The position numbers and the translations under genes were made by a program. Of a DNA stretch of 64,000 bases, positions 50,331 to 63,620 are shown one piece after another. The notes under the pieces were generated by a model. It saw only the letters and a list, made by a program, of their open reading frames with translations. It searched no databases and was not told the DNA's origin. Source of the DNA: Carcharhinus longimanus (lineage: Eukaryota); contig JASCQW010000043.1 in assembly GCA_030264375.1 (NCBI GenBank), forward strand, positions 65,275,986 through 65,339,985. Reading direction: 5' to 3'. Each line of letters starts with the position of its first letter. Positions within the stretch are counted from its first letter, which is position 1.

Positions 50331-50456
50331 CCATTGAGTCTGCTCCACCGTTTAATCATTGCTGATATTTTTCTCATCCCCTTTCTTCAGCCTTTTCCCC
50401 ATAATCATTGATCCCCTTATTAATCAAAAACCTATCTATCTCTGTCTTAAAGACAC
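50330..50456 (-). mobile_element. CR1 3' fragment
   Basis: CVFKTEIDRFLINKGINDYGEKA on the minus strand. Confidence 0.7.
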
Positions 50457-52000
50457 ATGGGAGGAGGTGCACTACTGGCAGACTGGAGAATCTTGCTGCC
50501 GTGAAGGCCAGAGAATTCCAGCCTCCATCTCCCGCTCCACAGATGCTACCAGATCTTCTGAATGTTTCCAACATTTTGAGCTTTTATTTCATTTTAAGTT
50601 TTTTTGTGTAACGTTTGATTAAAAAAGGTTGTCTGAAAAGCTACCATTTCCTTTCTTTGTAAAAACTGTTGTGTTGTACATTAAATTAAATTATTTAGAG
50701 TCTGAAAACAAATGCAGTATCTTATTTGAATCTTCACCTTTCATATCCTGAAAAAAAGAGAAAAAAGAAATCCTATATTGTTCACAGCTTACAAAACAGT
50801 CAAATTGGTACAAGGGATGTTTTCAATGTTCTTTCGACATGCAACATGGTAATCTCTAGAATACCATTTATATCTTAAAATTGTGCCAATGATGTTTGAA
50901 ACAGGGCATGACGTTTTAATATTCCTGCATGATTTCATCAGATAATTAGAAAAATATATATGGCATGCTGATGATTTCATCTTAGATTACAGAAGAAAAA
51001 CAAATAACATTGCATTGTTTAAGGATGATTCTTCATTCTTCGTTGGATCACTGGTGCATGATGTTTGTGCACCAGTGAGTATGAAGTAGGTTCGGACTAG
51101 TGAATCCCCACATTGTGTGTTTTCAGTCATCCAGACAATTCAGGGAGTGCATCCAGATACTTTCCTATAAGAACGAAAATTTGACTACAAATTAGTCTGT
51201 ACCATTTCTCATTCATCTTCTGATGTGCAATTAGTAGATGTGTAGTAACATCTTGGCTATCCACCTTTTTAAGTGGAGAAAGGTGCATGGCATGGGAGAA
51301 ATCTTAAGGGGGAGACAACAAAATAAATAATGGAAAAAGAAATCGACTTACCAAAAAGGGTGCAGCGATGCGAAGTATGATCTCTGCATACTACACTGCT
51401 ATAATGTTCAAATCAACCTTACACTAAAAAAGGTGAGTGCCCTAATTAAGTTGCAAAATGGGATGTAGATCTAATTAAGTGAGCAGAAATAACAAAAAGA
51501 AACACTGCTTTAATACTTAAAACCCCAGGAGACTTCATATACTGCCCTATTGTTTGCAAACTTGACAGACACAATATATGATAAATGATAATGAACTACA
51601 GTAGCAAGCACTGAGCTGTTAATTAGTATTATAGCTTCAATGCAGTTTTGTCTTCTACATCTACTGCAGTGAATTTAGACCCTCTAATGTAGTCACTGCT
51701 GAGTAAAAGTGTTGTCAATGCAATTTGCTTATGCTTAACCCTCAACTCAAGAGAAACTTTCTTGAAACACACTGGAGATTTCCACAACATGGTGTACATA
51801 AATCTCCGTCGAGACTGTGCTAAGCAATTTTAAAAACACAGTTTATGAACTTTTGAATTATATTTGCACTAATAGTCATGATGAGAAGATTTGGCCATAA
51901 TCCTCTGGGCATCAATTGGGTGGAAGTAATATCCATATAAAATGAACACTGGATCATCCACATTGAGTACAAAAAAAGTTTGCTTATGTAGGTATTCGTA

Positions 52001-52256
52001 TGGATTCTCTATATAAAGTGATCAACTGATTATCCTTATGAAACAATCAGTGGATTTTCCATATGATGTGTTCAGTAAATTTTCCATGTAAATTGAACAA
52101 TGGATTGTGTGTGCAAAGTGATCAAGGGATCATCCATGTAAAGTGATCAATGGAATGAGTATAATGATCATTGAATTGTCCATGTAACTGAATCAGTAGG
52201 TTGTCCATGTTATGTGAACAACAGATGTAGCATTGTTCAGTTTACATGGACAATCC
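52001..52256. repeat. Degenerate 25-bp tandem array (~9 copies) plus one inverted copy
   Basis: Consensus TGGATTGTCCATGTAAAGTGATCAA; units start at 52001, 52026, 52051, 52076, 52101, 52126, 52151, 52172 and 52197; inverted copy at 52231-52256. Confidence 0.8.
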
Positions 52257-53899
52257 TTTAACCAGTTTACAGTAATCTGCTGTTTTTGACTAGGCTCTAT
52301 TAAATATACTGTTAAACAAAATAATCTGAATCAAGTAACAACTTTCATTTCAGTTCTTCACAGGTAATCAAGAATATTGCATTAGTTATTGTTTTTACCT
52401 TCCCACATTTTTCTTTCCCTTTGGGAAACTATAGGAAACTGTTGGAAGGGGTCAATGCAGATGCGATGAGCCAAATGGCTTCCCCCTGCAATGTAAAGAT
52501 TCAATTATTCTATGATAAGCAGGCTGGTAATCAACCTGTTGAACTGTGCCCTTCTGTGGAATGAACCCAGAGCTTCTGGCTCAAGCAGGACCACTGCCTG
52601 TGGAGCTGCAAGATCTCCATACATTCATACATTAGCCATAGAATTACACCTTGGTAATCACAACATCAAATTCAGAGCTAGAAAAAAAGAGAACATATAG
52701 AAATATCAGAAATGGGAGAACAAAGAAGTGACAATTTTAAAACCTTTTATTTCAAAGAACAGACAACTTGATTAATTCTTTATCTTGAGTTCTGCCCACT
52801 AAAACCAAGTTTTATCAATCAGTAGTTAGCTACAGTCAATTAGGACATGCATTTTTCAATGGGGAAGGCAGCACTTGATGAACATTATTTTCTGTTTAGT
52901 TGTGGTTGCAAGACTGACAGTTGCGGATCAGATACTGATTTTACATGCTGCCCAAAGCAGGCAAATTACAAATGCCAGTCCCAAACGGAAAGTGATCGGC
53001 AAAGTCAGGAAATGAGAAGGCCAGCATGGGAGGAACAACTGCACATCATCATGAATAAATAGAGGCACTGCCAAGCAATTGGAATCAACTCTGATCTGAC
53101 AATTGGAAATGAAGGTATGGAAGGCAATATACAACAATGAATTCACATACACCTTTTCTTACACCAGGTTTTTATGTATTCTTCAATCTCTCCAGCTATT
53201 AGTTTTCACATGACAGATTCACAAAGTAATTGTTTAAGATGGGGCTCGTTGGAGGATTATGAAATGTCTGCCCCTACCTACAAAGCATGCAGATTGTCTT
53301 TTTGCCATGAAATGGTTTATGAAAATGTTTTGTGAAAACCATAAAACATATGGGGAAATTTTCTGAAGTCTCTCCCAATTGTGTGGTGAATGGACAGACA
53401 GCAGTACAATCCAATGAACAATTGCCAACACAGAGCATTTTGAATCATTGCTGTGTATCCTGAAGAAAGTGAAAGCTCAAGGAACATTCATAAACATTTC
53501 CTACTTAAAGTGGTATCATCTTTGCTGGTGTATAGGTTTGGTGGCAGGAGTGGGAATGAGAATGATTTCTACTTTGGAGCAAGATGGCTGGCCATATGCA
53601 ATCTTCTACATTCAGCTCCTTGTATGTGCAAGGAGCACACTGAATTTCATAGTGGGAGTTAGCAGGAATTTGCCATTCTCACTGTTGTCCCGTAAGGTTG
53701 AAAGTCCCAGTGCCATATAGAAAGGGTACCCAGACAGTCATTCACTCACTGCAAGCCAGGAGCATCAGTAGGCTGTCATTGCAGAGGAGGAGATCTACTT
53801 TGATAACAAAATGTCTCAGAGCAGACAACTTGTGGCCTAACAGTTCAGTGAAGCCTCTCTGCATGTTCTCCACCAGGCCATCCGGGAAAGATGTTACTT

Positions 53900-54520
53900 C
53901 CCAGGGATGGCAACAGGAGGCCCTTCCATCAGACCACATATGCAGTAAATCGTACTTTGCACCTACAGGAGTTCTGTGATTGCTGCAAAACCCAATGCTC
54001 TGGCTGCCTGATTCTTGGGATCCAAACAGTAATAGGCAAATTGGCATGTCCTCCTGAAGAGGGCATCTGTAAACTTCCCAATGCACTTGTGGCCTTGAGA
54101 GCTCCCTGAAATCAACCAATCACATTCAGCAACTGGAATAATTTCTACTCCCTGAACATAATCACACAAGATAAATCGTATATTGTGCTTGGTTCCCAGG
54201 AGCCTCTCATGATGCCTATATTCTGAAGTCCCCCAGTTGCCTTGCTGACAAGGAATTGGAACATAAGGGAGCATTGTGGAGCCCTGGAAGGAGCCATTGG
54301 CAAAGAGGTTCAGGATGGCAGTGACCTTTAATGTCATCAGAATGGAATTGCCCCCAAGCCCATCAAGAAGAAGCTGGCAGATGTGAGTAACCACATTCCA
54401 GGCAATCAAAAGGTGCCTCCGGCATTGCCTTTCATTCAACTGCAGGTGCTGCATTGCCTCCAATACACTGAAGTTCAAGCCACTGTCACACTGTCTCCTT
54501 GCTGCCAGCATCCTGAGCTT
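53900..54520 (-). pseudogene. Harbinger (HARBI1-like) transposase N-terminal relic
   Basis: QLNERQCRRHL..VVTHICQLL..LKVTAILNLFANGSFQGST..HKCIGKFTDALFRR..QAARALGFAAI. Confidence 0.85.
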
Positions 54521-57244
54521 GTTGAGGACCTGCTGCTTCCAGCTGCTCAGGTGATTCTCCTCCTGGCCCTGGGCTAACCTGTGTCAGTTCCTCTTCATCT
54601 GGATGAGAGGCATTAGAAAGGCAGGACTGCCTGGAGCCTGTATCATCAAGGCCTCGACAGATCTTTAAAGGAATTTCAGTGATCCACCCGGTTAGTATAT
54701 TCTTTGCAGATTAACCTCCNNNNNNNNNNNNNNNNNNNNNNNNNNNNNNNNNNNNNNNNNNNNNNNNNNTATGGCATCCCCACACCACCTCTTCTAGATG
54801 AAATATATCTTGGATATATTCCATATTCACATATGATTGTGCATGGAGACATTGAGCATTGACCTGGATATTGACAGCCTTATGCTAGAATCCTCCCTCA
54901 GGCACTAATCAGTTTTCCTAATTACCCTCGAGATTCGACAGAGAGACCATTGCCTTAGCACCAAGAAAGACTTAGTGCATAAGCTCTTTTCAAGTAAGAC
55001 CATTGACCCGGAGGAATGGAGATTTGGAGTTGGAGTATGCTGTCATCCATCACTTGTATGCCCTGGAGATATTCACAGCCCTCCCTTCATCCAGGCCTGT
55101 AACAGCACTAGCTTTCAATCAGCAAACAATGTAAACCAAATCTAGATATTGATTAATTTTTGCTGGAATGTAATCCATTAGTCATGGAGCAATACTGGTA
55201 TTTTGAGTGTTGGAACCTCGAGAGCAGAACACACCTGAGTCTGATTCTCCATGGAGTGGACTGGTAACCCATAGCGTAACCCTTTGCTGATACCAAGAAA
55301 ATGAGGCATTAACTTATCCCACCCAAAAAGAGAAAACTCCCACATTGAATGCTTCAGAGGTTTAATGAACTGAATTACAACTTTGAGAGCTTTAGTTTGA
55401 TGCATGTGAGGTTACGTGCACACCTTCTACTCAACTCCTGTTACCCACCAAGTTCCTCCCACCCTCCTACACAATACAGTCATTGCTCTCCCTCCTCTAA
55501 CCATTCAGCCACATCTCCCCTTCCCCCATTATCTTGCACACAACTATCATTATGTGAAATTCCTGTTCTCCCCTCTGTTCTGAAACTGTAAATGTGCTCA
55601 TGCCCCTCTTGTCCCTGAACCCTGCGGTTCTCAAAGCCTGTTGTATCCTAACTCTCTATGAACCCTGTGTATGAGAGACCATCTAATACCCACCCACGAT
55701 CCTAGCCTTCCACCCTACCTGATTTAACTTGATTCTCTGCCTCCAAATACCCTCATTCAAACCCTTAGGTTAATATTCTTGGACCCACAGATCATGTCCA
55801 TCTCTTTACGATGCTCACTGTTCGTCAGGAAGCTCAACCGCCTTTAACATCCAAAGAACTTAATTGTAGAAATTTATCCCGGCATCAGGAAATTGATTTT
55901 TGACCTCCCATTAAATTAAGTTCCCGTGCCCGTTAAGCTTCCTGCCACAGATGGAACCGGAAGACTCTGGCCTTCATCAGAGATTCAGGCAAATCAATTA
56001 ATCATTCAAAATGCAGGTAATAAATGAAGGACTGGACATCTTGGGGTCCAGTTTGGTAGCTCCATGACAACTGGAGTATATAGAACAGCATCTTGCAGAG
56101 ATTAAAGGATGTTTAGTTGAACCTCAGGGATTTAAATCTCTTTCTAATTCCGTGAGATCAGTTCTCTCACTGATTGGCGGTAACAAGAATTTTGTTCTCA
56201 GCGCTAGCAGAGTAGCTGGTGTGCATGCTGGTAAGGCTGATTGCCTTATGACATTAGCACAGAGAAGTATGCTATCAGCTAGGGATGGGTAATAAATGAT
56301 GCTCTTGCTAGCGAGGCCCATATCCTGCAAACAATTTTTAAAAAGCTCCCTGCAGATGTCTTCAATTTTGCAGCTCCAGGCTGCCATCGAGCCCATGACA
56401 AAGAGTCAGCCCATGACTTAGAGACCCTGACAGCAGGGCTACTTCCATCACAAGAGGCTCAAAATAGTTTAGTGCAGCCCTATACATCTTAGACCCCAGG
56501 CCCTCAGATCGCACATAGAAATAGGGCAAAGAAAAGGTTCTGCAGTCACAAGGGAGTTTACAGTGAAGAAATTAAGTAATGCATTTGTAAATAGTTGTAA
56601 TAAATCACTGGAATTATTCATAGAAGGACTACTTTGTGATTAGTTTTCTCACAGGACAATGGGTACTATGTTGAAGCTCATGACATTGACATGATAGCTC
56701 GTTGTAAAGAGCAAAAGTTCGATTTGAACAATAAAAGTTTTTTAAAAAATGCTCAGCGGGTCTGACAATGTCTGAAGGACAGATGTTACAGAAAAACAGA
56801 GTTAAAGGGTTGAACTTGCCTGCCCCCATGATGATGGCCTTGTATTGGGTGTGGCTGGGAAAATGGTGGGGAGGAAGAATTGCTTTGGGATAGCTCGCTG
56901 ATGCATTCTTGCCTCTAGGGAATTTTCCCCACGCTGGGAAGCAGATTAGCTGCCCACACCACTGAACCAATTAACATAATTAAGGCCTCTGTTTCAAGGT
57001 AATTTTCAGCCTCTCTGTTCTTTTTCCAGCTGCATAGCAGTCCCTTGTCACATGTAGAAGCCACTAGTTCAACAGAGGCAGCCTCCCAGCAGGTGACCTG
57101 GTGTCATCAGAATTGGAGGCTCCATGTGGCAATGAGGAACCTATATCCCAAAAGACCATAATTGGAGCTGAGACCAATCTAGAGGAGATGTTTTCCCTTC
57201 ACCCGATTCATCTACCAATCTAGATACCAGTTATTTTATTATTG

Positions 57245-57585
57245 ATCATAGAATCCCTATAGTACAGAAGGAGGCCATTTGGCCCATCCAGTCTGTACTG
57301 AATCTCCGACAGATCATTTTACCAAGGCCCTATTTCCGTGACCTCACAAATTTACTCCGTAATCCTCCAAAGCTACACATCTTGAGACACTAAGGGACAA
57401 TGTAGCATGGCCAATATGCCTAATCTTAACATGTTTGGACTGTGGGAGGAAACTGGAGCACCCAAAGGAAACCCACACAGACACAAGGAGAATGTGCAAA
57501 CTCCACATAGGCAGTCATCCAAGGCTGGAATTGAACCCTGTGCCCTGGCATTGTAAGGCAGCAGTGTTAGCCACTGTGCAATTAT
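57245..57585 (-). mobile_element. HE1-type V-SINE
   Basis: CATAGAATCCCTATAGTACAGAAGGAGGCCATTTGGCCC tail; GGAATTGAACCC; GGCAGCAGTGTTAGCCACTGTGC head. Confidence 0.85.
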
Positions 57586-59784
57586 GCAAGCAAGCAAGTG
57601 TACACACAGTAAGCATGCAGCATCTGCACGTTGATGCACCAAGGCCTTTCTTTAACCACACCAAATGCTTGCTCAATTCAAATTCTTGCATTACCTTGAA
57701 CTACAAGATCAATTAAACCCATTGACGATGCAGATTATGATGCATGATTACCCTGCATACAGTTGAAGTGATCAGGCAGCATGCAAACTTTATGTTGTCT
57801 TCTCATCACCATGAAGGTCAACACTAAACATGTTGCTGACTTCCATCACAATCAGTAGGGGCATGGCTAACACAAGAAACAGCTAGCTTGCACTTCTTAA
57901 AGGCAACCTACACCTCTTTTCAGTTGACTAGGGATAGTGTTCCATGGATGTCAATTTAAGAGCCCCTTTAAGGTGGGAACAATGGAGGGATCTTTCCCAT
58001 TTTTCAGTGAGTGATGCAGTGGATGGGTTTTTTCTGCCTTACAATCAGACATATCATTGAAAACAGTGAAGTGGGTGGGTGCTGTGACATAACATGAATG
58101 GGGCAGGCTCTGAGTGAGCCCCTGCCACCAGCAAATTAATGTTTTAAAGATCATGGTGCCCTTTACTAACCAAACACTGCCCCCTTCAATTTTGACTTTT
58201 TTGCATTGGGATGCCCTTTATAAAGTCAAAATTGATGGGGGCAGTCTGGCACTGCCAAGGACTGTGCCCAGGCAGCTTTTCCACTCTCAATCCTGTCTGT
58301 TAAAAACAGGAGTGGACAAACCAATCCACCCAACCCTCACCCATACCCCCACCCCCCACCCTTTCTCTCCCTCCCCACAAGTCCCATGAGTTGGAGATTT
58401 CCTGAAATTGTAAACCAGCTTCCTGTCCAGCAATGCCAGTGGGGTGGTGAAGGTGAGCCAGAATCGGGGCTGCTGCCTCTGGAAACCAACCCAAGGCAGA
58501 AATAGAAGCAGACTATTGCTGAGGCTGGCAGGTTCAAAGTTCTGCTTCAGGTCCCTGGGGCATCAGCTCTATTCTGTGTAAGCGTTAGTGCTCAGACCTT
58601 ACCTCTGTAATGACTCACTTGCTCTTTATATATTCCCATGCTCACTGAATCTCCCATGCCTCCATAGCTGAACAGATAGTTGAACTATTAATCAAAGACA
58701 AGATAAAAGCACAGGATCCATCTGAAATGTTTATTGCTAAAGAACACTGTATTTGCTGGATAAAGTACTAAATGCATATGAACGCATTCATATCACTGGT
58801 CCGCACTGAATGATCACTTACCTTTTAAGAACAAGCCCTATCTTCAATCACTGCATTAAAATATAATTATCATAATGATCCCTTAGCATTACATTATGCC
58901 ATGTGAAATTGTCAACAAGTTTTAAGCTTACTTGTCAACAGCTTTCTGACTTGAGAACAGGTTTACCCTATGTTTCATGACCCTTCCGACCTGGCATGAA
59001 CCATGTTGCCTTTAGAAGCCTGCCTGACTCCATGAAAATTGCAAGGGTTTTAAGATCACCATCCCTGCTGGCATAGGGATTGTTGTGTGCAGGATCACGA
59101 CCTGCGTGCTTATCCTGCACCTATAAAATAGCAGAGGATGGGAATGGGATGAAAAATTCTGCAATTTTGTCTCCAATGTTGTGCCGGGCCAGCAAAGTCT
59201 GACCCAAGGAGTCTGACNNNNNNNNNNCTGACCTCATGGATCTGAATGCAGTGCTATCAGAAAGTTCAGTAACTTCACAAGTAAATCATCTTCAGATGTC
59301 TTTTCTGATCCACTGCTACACCAACTTCACATAATGCTCATTCACCCTCCACCAACCCCCAATCGCTGATCAATCAACAGTCATGACCCAATACCAACAT
59401 TCAGAAGTTCCATATCGCTTTCACAAAGTTACCACTGCAGCCAGCCTCACACCCACCTCCCCCAACTTTCATAATTCTCCAGCTATTCATCTGTGGCAGG
59501 CACAGCAACCAAACACATGGCAACACACTCACTGACATTCTTTTCTCTCTCTCTCTCGTAAGCAAGATCACACATAACAGAAGGAAATAACAGAAACCCA
59601 AGGGAGAACAACATGCCTGTACCACCTCAACCCTTCGAAGGAAACAATGCTACTAAACACTGATTGACATGAGGTGGGAATTGCACCCCTCACTCTGGTG
59701 AAAGTTGCGCCTTGAAGAAGTGCCAGCCAATCAGCAGAGAGTGGGTAAGCAGGCTAAGGTGATGTCACGGACCACGCAGATGTT

Positions 59785-59993
59785 GGCCAGAATTCTCCTG
59801 CCGTTCACTCTGGCAGGATTCTCCAGTCCCACCAGCAGCGCATCCCTATCCATGGGTTTCCCACCAGCGTGGAGTGACATTAATGGGAATTCCCATTGAC
59901 AGCAGCAGGGCCAGAGAATCCCACTGCTATCAAACAACATGCCATCTCCCACCGGCAGGAAACAAGTGTCTGGGAAGCCAGAGACTCTTGCCC
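59785..59993. mobile_element. Palindromic MITE (same family as 11569)
   Basis: GGCCAGAATTCTCC start, central palindrome AATGGGAATTCCCATT, CTTGCCC end. Confidence 0.65.
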
Positions 59994-60329
59994 ATTATCT
60001 ATAAGGTCTTCTCAACTTGAAACATCGGTTCATTGTGGGTTTTTTGTTTAGTTTTGCAAGGGTGTGAGGGAATAATGTGATACCCCCAGTGAGAAAAGCT
60101 AGCCCAGTTGCTGTGCATCAATTAATTAGGGGCAGGGGTATATGACAGTATTCATCCTCCCCCTGTTACTCCACCAGTGCCCTCATTCGTGGCTTTCACC
60201 CAGCCAGCCAGACCAGGCTGCAGAGGTACAGAAATCCAAAACCCAACCCCCTAACCCCAGAGCTGCACATGGTGGTCCTCAAGCCAACAGCTTCCCACTT
60301 GCCATGCTGCAAGCATTAGGATAGCAGTG

Positions 60330-60610
60330 GGTAGGGTCAATAGACTAGGCAGTGGAATTGTTACAGAACAGCAGTGATTTTCTCCATGATGCTCTTGGTT
60401 GCTGAATGACTCTCATTGTACAGGTGCAGTCCATATGTGATCAGGTAGTGGAGGAAAATCATGATGACAGGAGTATAAAGGGTACCCTTTGTCATTCAGC
60501 AGCCAACCTCTCATTCAATGTGGCGGCAAAAAGATGGTGGGAGCTGTTAACTGCATCACGTTGAAGGCATCGTGGCTGTTTTCAGGATAGCAGGCATGGA
60601 CCAATCCATT
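60330..60610 (-). pseudogene. Harbinger transposase catalytic-core relic
   Basis: VHACYPENSHDAF, GWLLNDKGYPL, YNESHSATKSIMEK. Confidence 0.78.
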
Positions 60611-60789
60611 AGTGTGATATTCTGTCATTTAATTTGGTATATCAAAGCCATCTCACACACTATTCCCAGCAGAGGTGGAGATGGAAAAATGCTCATCCAA
60701 AACCCCGAGTAGAATGGACTTCTGGAGAGCCTCCCCCCTCCCCCCGTGCACTGTTTCCCCTCTCTGCTGCTTATACTCCGCAACCTTGT

Positions 60790-61055
60790 CATCCTGGAAC
60801 ATAAGAGGGATTGCAAGTTTAGCATCCGTGATAGATTATGTACAGTACTGGTCTCCTTATTTAAAAGAAGATGGAAATGAATTGGAAGCAGTTTAGAGAA
60901 GATTTAGGAGACTAATACCTGGAATTGTTTGGGTTGTCTTAGAAGAAAAGGTTTGATTTGTATCCACAAGACTTTAGAAGATTAAGAGGTGACTTGATTG
61001 AAACCTTTAACATCCTGAGGGGTATTAACAGGGTGGAAATGGTAAGGTCATTTCT
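60790..61055 (+). mobile_element. CR1 ORF2 3' fragment
   Basis: YVQYWSPYLKED..LEAV and FRRLRGDLIETFNILRG. Confidence 0.8.
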
Positions 61056-61070
61056 TCTTAATCACAGGCT

Positions 61071-61432
61071 CATAGAGGTTTACAGCATGGAAACAGGCCC
61101 TTCGGCCCAATTTGTCCATGCTGCCCCTTTTTTAACACTAAGCTACTCCCAATTGCCTGCTTTTGGCCCATATCCCACTATACCATCTTACTTATATAAC
61201 AATCTAAATGCTTTTTAAAAGACAAAATTATACTCGCTTCTACTACCACCTCTAGCAGCTTGTTCCAGACAGTCACCACTCTCTGTGTGAAAAAATTGCT
61301 CCTCTGAACCCTTTTATATTCCTCCCCTCTCACCTTAAACCTATGCCCTCTAGTTTTAGACTCCCCTACCTTTGGAAAAAGATGTGGACTATCTAGCTGA
61401 TCTGTGTCCCTCATTATTTTATAGACCTCTAT
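61071..61432 (-). mobile_element. CR1 3' end
   Basis: IEVYKIMR..TRGHRFKVRG..FFTQRVVTVWNKL; CAGGCCCTTCGGCCC tail. Confidence 0.85.
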
Positions 61433-61789
61433 ACTTTTAAATGACATTGGTTGAAGGTCCCTCATCAGCTGAAAGTAAGTTCAGCTCCAAGAAATGTTTA
61501 AGAGACAGTGTTAACAGGATCCATGAGACCCAAAAGAGCATCCTGGACACCGAATCAGCATTATTAGGTATCATGGTTTGCACACTCCTCATATTTCTCG
61601 AGCATGCTGTGTGAGTGCCCTTACAACATGGCATGCCATGCAGGTTGCATCAGAAGCTGTTTGGCCACCATTTTCCCATGTCAAGATTGCTGTAGGGTTG
61701 GCACCAGCTGCATAAAGGAGCTGAATTTTTCAGCCTTGATGTCCCATTGGATCCCTCTCAGAATCCGTGACCTTGCAAATTAACATTGT

Positions 61790-62030
61790 GAGTGATGGCA
61801 GCAAGATGTATCTCTCACCACCCAGCAGTCACCGTCTCTCTTGTTCCTGCTGTTGAAACAGAGCTGAGGCAATGGATAGTTGCCAGCATATCATGTATTC
61901 TTGTTTTGCAATCTGTGCCTGTGGCATGCACATTTTGTAAATGGAAGTCTTTGCAATTGGTCATTTACGATGCAAAATGAATACAATCAATAGCCCTTAA
62001 TCCTGGGAACGCGCTTCTGAAAATTTCCAT
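61790..62030 (-). pseudogene. Harbinger transposase core relic
   Basis: AIDCIHFA, NCKDFHLQNVH (NRKGFHSLNVQ) and *LLGGERY (WLLGDKGY). Confidence 0.6.
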
Positions 62031-62243
62031 TGCACTTTCAGTCATCTCTCTGTGAAGAGCAGAAGAGTATAAACCAGATTGCCCTGGTGGTTTGCTTTGA
62101 GTTTGAATCTACAGTAAAGTAACTGATCTAAATAAATTCCCTTGCAGCTTTCTAGAGTTGTCCATCCTCTATAAACCTTGAATTCTAACTGTAGCAAACA
62201 AGCAAAGTTCTTCCAAAGCTGCATGTTCAAAATAAAGGAAGCA

Positions 62244-62340
62244 CTGAAAGGTCATGACCTGAAATATGAGCCATGTTTCTCTCTCCACAGATGCTGCCAG
62301 ACCTGTTGAGTACTTTCAGCATTTTCTGTTTTTATTTCAA
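62244..62340 (+). mobile_element. Penelope-like pseudo-LTR fragment
   Basis: GAAAGGTCATGACCTGAAA then CTCTCCACAGATGCTGCCAGACCTGTTGAG..CAGCATTTTCTG. Confidence 0.68.
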
Positions 62341-62699
62341 ACCTTATGAAAGGTCCTGTCAACAGCATCTGTGTTGGTGCATGCTACAGCATAGATACTG
62401 CAGGGATAGTTTAACTGTCATCAGATGCTGCTTGAATAACTTTGTTTTCCTTTCATTCTCCTGCTACTCATTTTCCTTTGACATGATTTTAATTTGGAAC
62501 ATTCCCATTAAGAAAGTCAATTTGCAGCCTTCAGGTAGTTGTTCCCGAATTATCCTGAACTCCATTTATTGGTGGAGAGTTTGGGTGAAGGCTTTCTGCG
62601 AACAATGTTACAAAACGTTATCAGATATCACCAGCCAATTTTAAAAAGTGACCATAAAAAGTGACCAACTGTCAAAAGTGACAATTTTAAAAAGTTCTG

Positions 62700-63620
62700 G
62701 AACCCTTGCTGTTTGTGATTTTTATAAATGACCTGAATGAGGAAGTGGAGGGATGCGTTGGTAAGTTTGCCGATGACACGAAGGTTGGTGGTGTTCTGGA
62801 TAGTTTGGAGGGATGTCAGAAGTTGCAGTGTGACATACATAGGAAGCAAGACTGGGCAGAGAAGTGGCAGATGGACTTCAATCTGGATAAATGTGTAGTG
62901 ATACATTTTGGCAGGTCAAATGGGATGAAGGAATATAATATTAAGGGTAAGACTTTTAGCAGTGTGGAAAATCAGAAGGATCTTGGGGTCCGGGTTCATA
63001 GGACTCTCAAATCAGCTTCGCAGGTAGAGGATGTGGTTAAGAAGGCGTATGGTGTACTGGCCTTCATCNNNNNNNNNNNNNNNNNNNNNNNNNNNNNNNN
63101 NNNNNNNNNNNNNNNNNNNNNNNNNNNNNNNNNNNNNNNNNNNNNNNNNNNNNNNNNNNNNNNNNNNNNNNNNNNNNNNNNNNNNNNNNNNNNNNNNNNN
63201 NNNNNNNNNNNNNNNNNNNNNNNNNNNNNNNNNNNNNNNNNNNNNNNNNNNNNNNNNNNNNNNNNNNNNNNNNNNNNNNNNNNNNNNNNNNNNNNNNNNN
63301 NNNNNNNNNNNNNNNNNNNNNNNNNNNNNNNNNNNNNNNNNNNNNNNNNNNNNNNNNNNNNNNNNNNNNNNNNNNNNNNNNNNNNNNNNNNNNNNNNNNN
63401 NNNNNNNNNNNNNNNNNNNNNNNNNNNNNNNNNNNNNNNNNNNNNNNNNNNNNNNNNNNNNNNNNNNNNNNNNNNNNNNNNNNNNNNNNNNNNNNNNNNN
63501 NNNNNNNNNNNNNNNNNNNNNNNNNNNNNNNNNNNNNNNNNNNNNNNNNNNNNNNNNNNNNNNNNNNNNNNNNNNNNNNNNNNNNNNNNNNTGTAGTTTT
63601 TCTATGATTCTATGATTCTA
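62700..63620 (+). mobile_element. Young 5'-truncated CR1 LINE spanning a gap
   Basis: Open frame LFVIFINDL..KFADDTK..WQMDFNLDKC..KDLGV up to the gap; (CTATGATT)n tail after the gap. Confidence 0.9.

Noticed and set aside
52001-52256. Possible CRISPR array
   Set aside because: Units are contiguous and degenerate with no unique spacers or cas genes, and the context is eukaryotic
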